Assembly: GCA_963702435.1 (NCBI GenBank)
Contig: CAVPCR010000001.1
Location: forward strand, 896,001 to 960,000
From: Candidatus Eiseniibacteriota bacterium
GTDB taxonomy: Bacteria; Eisenbacteria; RBG-16-71-46; CAVPCR01
Direction: 5' to 3'
Length of the DNA: 64,000 bases
Within the stretch, counting starts at the first letter, position 1, and the number at the start of each line of letters is the position of its first letter. The notes beneath the pieces were generated by a model that worked only from the letters and a program-made list of their open reading frames with translations, searched no databases and was not told the origin of the DNA. Both the position numbers and the translations under genes were made by a program. Positions 54,495-62,870 of this stretch are shown piece after piece.

Positions 54495-56396
54495 TTAGTT
54501 GACGACGACGACGCGGGCGGGGCGCGCCCCGGCGCCGCGCGGCAGGATCTCGACGAAGTAGACGCCGGCCGGCAGCCGGCGGCCGCCGGTCACCTCGCTC
54601 CAGGCCACGGCGTGCGTCCCTGGAGCGCGCCGGCCGAGGTCGCGCGCGCAGACGAGCCGCCCGGCGAGATCGACGATGCGCAGCGTGCGCGGACCGCCCA
54701 GCGGATCGGCCCAGGTGATGGCCGCATCACCCGCAATCGGATTGGGCGCCACACGGATGAACGGCGCCGCGGCGGGCGATGGCTCGCCGGCCGGCACGCC
54801 GGTCGCGCCGCAGCCGACGCCGATCGCCCCGATGAGTCCGCACGCGCCGGGCGACTCCCCGGGCGCACACGGCGAGGCGGCATCGAGCGCGTAGTTCCCG
54901 ATCGCCGGCAGGCAGAAGAGCGGATCGGCGGCGAGGTTCCCGCTCACGCCAAGCTGACCGGCGAGCCATCCGACGTAGTCGCCGCCCGCATTGCCGAAGA
55001 CATCGGAGCAGGAGAGCACTGCGGAGACGCCGCCCGCGCATGCCACGGCGCCGATCGTCTGCGAGTAGGCGATGATCGTGTTGTCGACGGACGCGATGCC
55101 GCCACCACCGTCGTCGCGGACACGGATGGCGGCGCCGGCGCTCGAGGCGGAGTTGCGACTGAACGTGCAGTGCTCGAAGCGGGCGCCGCCGACGACCGCC
55201 GCCGCCCCTCCTTCGCCGCGATCCTCGGCGCGTAGCCGATGTCCATCGCCGGCCGGCGTCGATCCACCGCCGGTCGCCCTGTTGTCGATGAAGACACAGC
55301 CGGTCGCGAGCGTCACGTCCTCTGCGTGGAGCGCGCCGCCGTGGCCCGAGTTCCCGTCCGGATTCCCGTCGGCTTGGGCCAGGTTCGTCGTGAACTCGCA
55401 GTTCTCGAGCGTCGCCGCCCGGCACGCGAGCGCCCCGCCGTACGCCTGGTTCCCCGAACGCGAGAGCGCCGGATCGGAGAGGCTTCGCGCCTCGTTCCCG
55501 CGGAAGATGCAATCGACGAGCGATACGTTCGCGCCGCGGAGGAGGGCGCCGCCGCCCTCGGCGAAGTTCGCATCGTCCTCGTTACCCGCGATGGCCTTGT
55601 TGCCGAGGAAGGTGCAGCGGGTGAGCGTGATGGCGGTCGCGCTCTCGGCGCAGATGCCGCCGCCGCGCGCCCGGCTGCAGCCGTCGCAGCGATAGCTCTC
55701 GGCCCGGCTCCCGTCGAGCCGGCAGTCGACCATCGTGAGCGCGCTCGCGACGGCGTAGATACCGCCTCCGGATCCCTCGTTCCCACCGGCACGGTTCTCG
55801 GAGATCCGGCAGCGGATGAGCTCGATCGAGCTCGTCTCGCAGTAGATGCCGCCACCCTGGTACTCGGCCGCGTTTCCCGCGATCACGCAGTCGATGAGCT
55901 TCGCTTCCGAGTCGTAGAGGGCAATGGCACCGCCAGCCCAGGCCCCCGCTCACCCCGCGCCGCAGGCGCCGAGGATGCAGTTCCTGAACGTGGGCGAGGC
56001 GCCGGCGCAGACCGCGGCGCCGCCGACCGAGCCGAGCGGATCGATGTAGCTCGCCATGCCGCGAAGCACCGAGAACCCCTCGATCACCGCGGCGTTCGTC
56101 TCGCCCGAGTGCAGGTAGAAGGCGCGCGCGACGAACTCGCCGTCGAGGATCGTCGCCTCGGGACCCGCTTCCGAACGCAGCACGAGGTCCCGCCCGTGGA
56201 AGTCGAGGTTCTGGTTCTCGGAGCCGGCGTACTCGCCGGGCGCGACGAGGACCGTGTCGCCGGCGACCGCGGCGTCGAGGGCGAGCTGGATCGTGGGGCG
56301 GTCGGCGGGAACGTGGATCGTCCCGGCGCGCGCCGGCGTGGCGGCGAGGGCGAGCAGGGCGAAGATGGCGGCTGCGAGCGAGAGCCGGCGGATCAT
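54495..56396 (-). CDS. Secreted right-handed parallel beta-helix (GGA[I/L]..F..N repeat) protein with CTD, interrupted by an in-frame TGA at 55950-55952
   Basis: ORFs 55950-56429 and 54495-55886 share one frame. Signal peptide, TIHVPAD.PTIQ..GDTVLVAPGEY, repeated GGGI/F.GN.A, DPLFC..SPC, CTD APNP..DLAGR..GVYF. Confidence 0.82.
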
Positions 56397-56745
56397 GCGC
56401 GCTCCAGGCGGGACTGGACTGCATCCCATGATATCACGGCTGACGGCTGACGCCTGACCGGCGCGCCACCGAGGGACCTGGCCGGGACAGTCGGTTTCGG
56501 CAGGGCGCAGGTTGGCGAACGCGTGATATACGAACTCGTGATAAACGAACTCGACGTGGAACCAGTGACCGACCGCAAGGATCGGTCGCGATCAGCATCG
56601 CCCGGCAGCGCACGAAAAAAGCGCGCGCCTCGAAAGAAATCGCTTGCGCGAGCGCACTGCACATCCCCTAACGTCAATCTCGTTCCCCGCGTTCGCCAGA
56701 CGGTTCGCCAGCCGCGGTATCTCGGTCGGGCAGGAGGAATCGTGC

Positions 56746-56964
56746 TTACGCGGCAGGCTTCCAGCGCATCGAGAGCTTACGTCCGGAGGCGGCGCAGTCG
56801 CGAAGGTAGAGGTTGATCAGGGTTTGGTAGGCGATTCCCGTTTCCTCGGCGAGTCGCTTGAAGTAACTGATCGTCGCGTCATCCAGCCGAATCGTGATCT
56901 GACGCTTGAGGCGTCGGGCGTAGGGGTTCCGCTTAGCGCGTGAAAAGTCATACTCGGTTTTCAT
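56746..56964 (-). CDS. BrnA-like antitoxin
   Basis: MKTEYDFS..NPYA..ITIRLD..YFK..GIAYQTLINLYL. Confidence 0.88.
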   Translation of the reverse strand: MKTEYDFSRAKRNPYARRLKRQITIRLDDATISYFKRLAEETGIAYQTLINLYLRDCAASGRKLSMRWKPAA

Positions 56965-57256
56965 TTGCACCACCTTTGCTCGTATTGATCGCGCTCCTTT
57001 CGGGTTGCTCTTCTCGCCGAGATGAGTCGGATGAGATTCGAGCCCTTCCTGTAGCAATGGCAGACCAGGAGCATTCGGAGTGTCGAGCTGAGGCCCAGGA
57101 GGACGAAGCGGTCCTCGGCTGTCGAATGCTCGCGGTCAGCGATCAAGAGGGCCCTTTCATCGAGGAATACGGTCTCGGCCTCCCGGAAGGAGACGCGGTG
57201 TTTGCGCCGGTTCAGGCGATCCTTCGCCTCGTCCCACTCGACTTCAGCCCAGGCAT
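56961..57256 (-). pseudogene. brnT: BrnT family toxin with a 1-nt deletion near 57241 (pseudogene or sequence error)
   Basis: EWDEAK..N..KH.VSF.EA..VF..HS..EDRF..IRLISARRA. ATG 57256 is out of frame unless one base is restored (AAG TTC GAG TGG). Confidence 0.8.
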
Positions 57257-57262
57257 GGAGCC

Positions 57263-57292
57263 AGCGTAGCTACAACGTACCTACACGGTCAA
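57263..57292 (-). promoter_or_regulatory. Leaderless sigma70-like promoter with operator boxes for brnTA
   Basis: TTGACC-N18-TACGCT-N6-ATG; boxes GTAGGTAC and GTAGCTAC in the spacer and -10 region. Confidence 0.6.
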
Positions 57293-57433
57293 GGGGGCTC
57301 GTGGCGAGACGGAAGTGGCGCACGGGAGCGTGTTTGGGCGTAGCGGCGAGAGCAAGCTCCTGACATTGCGGATGCCACTCTGGCCTGGCGTATGACGAGT
57401 CGATCACCACTTCCCCCCGGAAGGAGCATCGTC

Positions 57434-58945
57434 ATGTGCGACACGGCCTCCGCCGACCCGGCCGAGCGCGGCGGCGCAACCGCCGGCGGGTTCGGGTTCG
57501 CCTTCAGGTCCGCGCCCGACGCCGATCCGACCCCCGAGTCCCTCCATCGCGAGTTCCAGGCCCAGGCGTCCCTCGCCAACTGGAATAGCTGGCGCCTCCT
57601 CGTCCTCATCCGGCGCATGGATGCCTGTTCCGGCCACGAGCACTACGGCTGCTCGACCCTCGCCCAGTACCTCGAGCTGGTCTGCGGCGTGACCGGCACC
57701 GCGGCGCGCGAGCGCATCCGCGTGGCCTTCGCGCTCGAGGTCTTACCCGCGATCGAGCAGGCCTTCGCGCGCGGCGAGATCTCGTACTCCAAGGTGCGCG
57801 CGGTGAGCCGGGTGGCGACCGCCGAGACCGAGGCCGAATGGCTCGCCGCCGCCCGCAAGCGGACCGCCGAGGAGATCGAGGTGATGGTGGCGCGCACGAC
57901 GCGCGGCGAGCCGCTCCGCCGGCGCCTCCTCACCCGCGCCATGAACGCGCACACGACGCGCATGGTCGTCGACCTCCCCGCCGAGGAGATGGCGCTCGTC
58001 ATTCGCGCCCTCGACCGCGTCAGGCGGGAGGCGGGCGGCAAGCTCACCGGATCCGAGGCCCTCGTCTACCTCGCCGCCGATTCGCTTTCCGGCGAGGTCG
58101 GCGAGACCAGGACCGCGGAGCGCTACCAGGTCGTCGTGCACGTGGGCGAGGACGGCGCCGCCTACGTCGAGACCGACGATGCGGCCGGGCGCGCCCCGCT
58201 CCGGCCCGCGGTCATCGAGCGCCTCCTCTGCGACGTGGCGCTCCGTGTCGCGCGCGACGAGAAGGACGGACCGCGCCTGAGCCGGCGGTCGCGCGTGATC
58301 CCGGAGCTCCTCCGCCGCGCGGTGCTCCTCCGGGACGGCGGTCGGTGCCGCGTTCCGGGATGCCGGCGCCGGCTGTGGCTGGATCTGCATCATCTCGTCC
58401 CGGTGTGGCAGGGCGGGCGGACCATCCGCTCCAACCTGATCTCGATCTGCCGATTCCATCACACGATGGTGCATGAGGGCTTCCTGCGATGCGAGCTGGA
58501 CGCCGGGGGCGAATTCCAGTTCCGGGCGGTGAATGCCGACTGGGTGCTCGGTGACAGCGAGCCCATCGACGACGAGGAGCTCTGGGCGCGGGTCGCTGAG
58601 GGCGAGGAGGCCACGGCACGCGAGGACGATCCCGATTGCGGCGAGGCGGATGGGACCGAGTCGGCGGAGGCGGCGGCCGCGGCCGGACAGGACCCCGAGG
58701 AGGTGCGCTCCACATTCTATGGAGCGCGGCGGCGGCGGCCGTGGGAGGTGCACGAGCGAGGGGCGGTCTACCGGGCGGGAGCCTGCCGGGCTGAGGTCCA
58801 CCGGGCGCGAAATGTTCCAGCTGGAACATTCGCGAGGCGGACCGGCCGCGTTCCAGCTGGAACATGCGCGGGAGGGACCGCCGGAGGGGCGGACGTTCCC
58901 CGTTGCGGCGGCCCGCCGGGCCGCGTAACCTCATCTACCTCATGA
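57434..58945 (+). CDS. DUF222-like domain plus HNH endonuclease
   Basis: A.ERIRVAFAL..LP.I..AF..GEISYSKVR; RDGGRCRVPGC..HHL..GG.T..NL..C.FHH..VH; AGGAG before ATG 57434. Confidence 0.88.
   Translation: MCDTASADPAERGGATAGGFGFAFRSAPDADPTPESLHREFQAQASLANWNSWRLLVLIRRMDACSGHEHYGCSTLAQYLELVCGVTGTAARERIRVAFALEVLPAIEQAFARGEISYSKVRAVSRVATAETEAEWLAAARKRTAEEIEVMVARTTRGEPLRRRLLTRAMNAHTTRMVVDLPAEEMALVIRALDRVRREAGGKLTGSEALVYLAADSLSGEVGETRTAERYQVVVHVGEDGAAYVETDDAAGRAPLRPAVIERLLCDVALRVARDEKDGPRLSRRSRVIPELLRRAVLLRDGGRCRVPGCRRRLWLDLHHLVPVWQGGRTIRSNLISICRFHHTMVHEGFLRCELDAGGEFQFRAVNADWVLGDSEPIDDEELWARVAEGEEATAREDDPDCGEADGTESAEAAAAAGQDPEEVRSTFYGARRRRPWEVHERGAVYRAGACRAEVHRARNVPAGTFARRTGRVPAGTCAGGTAGGADVPRCGGPPGRVTSSTS
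58811..58863. repeat. Two palindromes with core GTTCCAGCTGGAAC
   Basis: AATGTTCCAGCTGGAACATT (58811-58830, perfect 20 bp) and GTTCCAGCTGGAAC (58850-58863). Confidence 0.95.
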
Positions 58946-60438
58946 AGGTCCTGGTGGCCAACCGCGGCGAGATCGCCTGCCGCATCCTCCATACGCTCGC
59001 CGAGATGGGGATCCCGTCGGTCGCCGTCCACACGGACGTCGACCGCGAGTCGCCGCATGTCTGGCTTGCCGGGGAGGCCGTGGCGCTCGGCGCGACCGAC
59101 GGCTATCTCAAACCCGACCTGATCCTCGGCGCCGCGCGGGCAACCGGCGCGACGGCGATCCATCCCGGCTACGGATTCCTGTCGCAGAACGCGGCCTTCG
59201 CCCGCGCCTGCCGCGAGGCGGGGATCCGCTTCATCGGCCCCTCCCCCGAATCCATGCTCGCCCTCGGCGAGAAGCGGGCCGCACGCACGACCGCGGAGGC
59301 CGCCGGCGTGCCGGTCATTCCCGGCGCCAAGGAATGCGACACGCTCGACGACGCGAGGCGCGCCGCCGATCGCGTCGGCTATCCGATCCTCTTGAAGGCC
59401 GCGGGCGGCGGCGGCGGCAAGGGCATGCGCCTCGTCCGCTCGGCGGACGAGCTCGCCGAGGCCTTCGCCGGCGCCAAGCGCGAGTCCCTCGGCGCCTTCG
59501 CCGACGACCGCCTCCTCGTCGAGCGCTACGTGCATCCCGCGCGCCACATCGAGGTGCAGATCCTCGGCGACGGGAAGGACGCGATCGCCCTCGCTGAGCG
59601 CGAGTGCAGCCTCCAGCGCCGCTACCAGAAGGTGATCGAGGAATCGCCATCGAACGCGATCAGCGAGCGCATGCGCGAGGCGCTGTGCGCCGCGGCGGTC
59701 GCCCTCGCCCGCGCCGTCCACTACGAGAGCGCAGGCACGGTCGAGTTCCTGGTCGGCCCGAACGAGGACTTCTACTTCCTCGAGGTGAACACCCGCCTGC
59801 AAGTCGAGCATCCGGTGACGGAGCTCCGCACCGGGATCGATCTCGTCGGCGCGCAGGTCGAGATCGCGCGCGGCGGAAAGCTGCCGGCGCCGCCCGCCCC
59901 GCGCGGCCACGCGATCGAGGCGCGCCTCTACGCCGAGGATCCGTACCGCGGATTCTTGCCGGCGACCGGGAAGATCCTGATGCTCGAGTGGCCCCTCCGG
60001 CCGCACGTGCGCGTGGACACCGGGATCCGTGCGGGGCAGGAGATCCTGCCCTTCTACGATCCGATCCTCGCCAAGATCATCACCTGGGGCGAGGATCGCG
60101 AGGAAGCGCGCCGGCGCCTCGTCTCGGCACTCCGCGAGACGGTGCTCCTCGGGCTTGCCACCAATCAGTCCTTCCTCCTCGACATCCTCGAGAGCGACTT
60201 CTTCATCCGCGGCGAGACCTACACGACGACCCTCGAGGCGAACACGTGGCCCGCGCCGGCGGTGCCGGAAGCGATCGCGGCCGCCGCGGCAGAGGCGCTC
60301 CGCACGCTGCGCCCGGGCGGCGCCGCGACCGGAGCGGCCGACGGACCGGGCCTCGACCGCCGCGGCGATCCCTTCTCGCCCTGGCGCACGCTCGGCCCCT
60401 TCCGGATGAGCGAGACCACGGCGGGAGGCGGCGCATGA
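58942..60438 (+). CDS. liuD: Biotin carboxylase subunit of probable methylcrotonyl-CoA carboxylase
   Basis: VLVANRGEIA, IHPGYGFLS, GGGGKGMR, ECSLQRR.QK, EVNTRLQVEHPVTE. Confidence 0.88.
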   Translation: MKVLVANRGEIACRILHTLAEMGIPSVAVHTDVDRESPHVWLAGEAVALGATDGYLKPDLILGAARATGATAIHPGYGFLSQNAAFARACREAGIRFIGPSPESMLALGEKRAARTTAEAAGVPVIPGAKECDTLDDARRAADRVGYPILLKAAGGGGGKGMRLVRSADELAEAFAGAKRESLGAFADDRLLVERYVHPARHIEVQILGDGKDAIALAERECSLQRRYQKVIEESPSNAISERMREALCAAAVALARAVHYESAGTVEFLVGPNEDFYFLEVNTRLQVEHPVTELRTGIDLVGAQVEIARGGKLPAPPAPRGHAIEARLYAEDPYRGFLPATGKILMLEWPLRPHVRVDTGIRAGQEILPFYDPILAKIITWGEDREEARRRLVSALRETVLLGLATNQSFLLDILESDFFIRGETYTTTLEANTWPAPAVPEAIAAAAAEALRTLRPGGAATGAADGPGLDRRGDPFSPWRTLGPFRMSETTAGGGA

Positions 60439-60830
60439 CCTGGATCGACGTCGAGATCGATGGGAAGCGCGTGCGGCTCGCTGCGGCGCGCACGCGCGAC
60501 GGCGTGTGGATCGGCTGGGCGGGGCGCACGATCTACGTCGAGGAGGAGAAGCGACGCGCCGCCGGTCGCTCGAGCGAGGCGCTGCACGACGAGATCCGCG
60601 CGCCGATGACCGGCAAGGTGGTCGCGATCCGCGTCGCCGCCGGTGAGGCGGTCGATGAGGGCGCCGTGCTCGTCGTCCTCGAGGCGATGAAGATGGAGTA
60701 CCGGCTGACCGCGCCGCGCGCCGGCGTGGTCGAGAAGATCCAGTGCGCCGAGGGCGAGCTCGTGGATCTCGGGAAGGCGCTGGTCACGCTCCTCGAGCTT
60801 CCCGCGCCTCCGTCGCCGCCTCCCGCATGA
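60435..60830 (+). CDS. Biotin carboxyl carrier protein
   Basis: APMTGKVV..EAMKME; GGAGG RBS and ATGA overlap. Confidence 0.9.
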   Translation: MTWIDVEIDGKRVRLAAARTRDGVWIGWAGRTIYVEEEKRRAAGRSSEALHDEIRAPMTGKVVAIRVAAGEAVDEGAVLVVLEAMKMEYRLTAPRAGVVEKIQCAEGELVDLGKALVTLLELPAPPSPPPA

Positions 60831-61678
60831 TCCGGATCGTCGAGGTCGGCCCGCGTGACGGGCTGCAGAACGAGCCGCATCTCCTCCCGACCGCGGCCAA
60901 GATCGCCTTCGTCGACGCGCTCTCGGCCACGCGCGTCGCCGAGATCGAGGCGAGCGCCTTCGTCTCGCCGCGCTGGGTCCCGCAGCTCGCCGACGCCGAG
61001 GCCGTCTTCGCCGGCATCACGCGCCGACCTGGTGTCGTCTACTCGGCGCTCGTGCCGAACGAGCACGGGCTCGATCGCGCCCTCGCCGCGCACGCCGAGA
61101 AGATCGCGCTCTTCACGGCGGCCAGCGAGACCTTCAACCGGAAGAACATCAACGCGACGATCGACGAGTCGATCGCGCGCTTCGTCCCGGTCGCCCGCCG
61201 CGCGCACGCGGCGGCCCTTCCTCTCCGTGCCTACGTCTCGACCGCGTTCTGGTGTCCCTACGAGGGGAGGATCGCACCGTCAGTCGTCGTTCCGGTCATC
61301 GATCGGCTCTTCGAGCTCGGCGCCGAGGAGGTCTCGATCGGCGACACGATCGGGAAAGCCACGCCGGCCGACGTGAACGCGCTCCTCGATCTCCTCCTCC
61401 CGCGCATCCCGCCGGAGCGCCTCGCCCTGCATTTCCACGACACGTACGGCCATGCCGCCGCGAACGTGCGCGCCGCGCTCGCTCGCGGTATCGAGACCTT
61501 CGACTCGAGCGCGGGCGGCATCGGCGGCTGCCCGTACGCGCCCGGGGCGTCCGGGAACATCGCGACCGAGATCCTCGCCGACACGCTCGAGGCGGCGGGC
61601 GCCGCGGTCGCAATCGATCGCGACGCGCTCGCCCGCGCCAGCGCGCTCATCGGCGCCGCGCTCGGGCCGCGGGAGTGA
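60827..61678 (+). CDS. liuE: Hydroxymethylglutaryl-CoA lyase
   Basis: EVGPRDGLQNE, FVSPRWVPQLAD, GDTIG, HFHDT, GGCPYAPGASGN. Confidence 0.93.
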   Translation: MIRIVEVGPRDGLQNEPHLLPTAAKIAFVDALSATRVAEIEASAFVSPRWVPQLADAEAVFAGITRRPGVVYSALVPNEHGLDRALAAHAEKIALFTAASETFNRKNINATIDESIARFVPVARRAHAAALPLRAYVSTAFWCPYEGRIAPSVVVPVIDRLFELGAEEVSIGDTIGKATPADVNALLDLLLPRIPPERLALHFHDTYGHAAANVRAALARGIETFDSSAGGIGGCPYAPGASGNIATEILADTLEAAGAAVAIDRDALARASALIGAALGPRE

Positions 61679-61696
61679 GAACAGCTGAGCCCGTGG

Positions 61697-62035
61697 TCAC
61701 GCGCCCCGGGCTCGGGTCGGCCGCTTTCGCGCCGGCTTCCTGTCTGCCGCTGCTTGCACGCGCCTGCCAGACCGCTCTCGACTGATGAGGGGATAATCCT
61801 CGGGATGGTCGATTGAATCGAGGTGGAGATCGACATCCAGATCGGGCCAGTAGAGGTGATGTGGTTGCGGGCGCTCCACGTGAAGGATGCCGGCCACAGA
61901 AGCATCTCGAAACCACGGAAAGTCCTTGAACGACAGGAATATCTCGCGGTCGCCCAGGAAGAGCCAGACCCCATGGGCCGTGATTCCTGACACCTCAACC
62001 TGGGAAGTGACGGCGCCACGCCGTACGGATTTCAC
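61697..62035 (-). CDS. DUF2442-like protein (TA-associated)
   Basis: EVSGITAHGVWL..FLSFKDFPWF..HLYWPDLDVDL..I.HPE.YPL. Confidence 0.82.
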   Translation of the reverse strand: MKSVRRGAVTSQVEVSGITAHGVWLFLGDREIFLSFKDFPWFRDASVAGILHVERPQPHHLYWPDLDVDLHLDSIDHPEDYPLISRERSGRRVQAAADRKPARKRPTRARGA

Positions 62036-62234
62036 CCTCGTGCTCCTGTATCAGTCTGCGAGCCCTGGCCAGACGCTGCGTGGAAAGACCGTAGTTCTGA
62101 GCCAGTGTGATCACCGGATCGAGCCAGAACTTCGCCTCACCCGTCGGGTGCTGAACGTGAACATGAGCCCGCCTCTCCTCGCGCGAGAAGAAGAAGAAAC
62201 GGTACGCGCCCTCGCGAAACACCGTCGGGCTCAT
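61995..62234 (-). CDS. DUF4160-like protein (TA-associated)
   Basis: MSPTVFREG.YRFFFFSREE..HVHV..EAKFWL..W..HF; TAGAAT-N6-ATG upstream. Confidence 0.85.
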   Translation of the reverse strand: MSPTVFREGAYRFFFFSREERRAHVHVQHPTGEAKFWLDPVITLAQNYGLSTQRLARARRLIQEHEGEIRTAWRRHFPG

Positions 62235-62348
62235 CGGCAGATTCTACTCCATCGATGGGGTACAGGACCATGCGCCTGGGTAAAGCCAGCCTGCTCTCCT
62301 CACCGGCTCGTCCCGGTGCGCGCACGGGAACGCTGGCTGCCCACCCCG

Positions 62349-62870
62349 TCAGAAGTCGTCCTCGCGGCGATGCCGCATCGCGCGGCGTAACGCCCGCTCG
62401 AAGATCGCAAAGTGCTCCTCGTCCCAGAGCACAAAATGGATGTTCGAGATCGACGAACCGGCAGCGACGAAGTCGGCGATGGCCCGGCACATGGCGCGCG
62501 CCGCTTCCCGCACCGGCACTCCCGCGCTGCCAGTGCCGAGAGCCGGAAAGGCCAGACGTTCCACCCCGAGTTCGGCAGCCCGCTCGAGCACCTTCAGCGT
62601 GCACTCATGGATATCCGGAGGCACATCCCCGACCACCGCGACATGGAAAATGCGCTCGATCAATAGATCCCCACCTCCGGTCACCACCACGTCCCCCACC
62701 CGGACCGGCGCCCTGCTGATTGCTTCCTCCTCGACCTCCGGTCCCGCCTCGGCGAGGATCGCAGCGGCGACACCGCCGCCCATGACCATGGAAGTGTTGG
62801 CCGAATTCACGATGGCATCGACGTCCTGTTCGGTGATCGAGCCGATGACGATCTGCACATCCGCCACCAA
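62349..62870 (-). CDS. Macro domain protein (ADP-ribose binding/hydrolase)
   Basis: GSIT..DAIVNSAN..GGGVAAAI..FPALGTG. Confidence 0.9.
   Translation of the reverse strand: MVADVQIVIGSITEQDVDAIVNSANTSMVMGGGVAAAILAEAGPEVEEEAISRAPVRVGDVVVTGGGDLLIERIFHVAVVGDVPPDIHECTLKVLERAAELGVERLAFPALGTGSAGVPVREAARAMCRAIADFVAAGSSISNIHFVLWDEEHFAIFERALRRAMRHRREDDF

Noticed and set aside
62349..62870. DarG antitoxin of a DarTG system
   Set aside because: Single macro domain with no DarG C-terminal region and no DarT-like gene adjacent.
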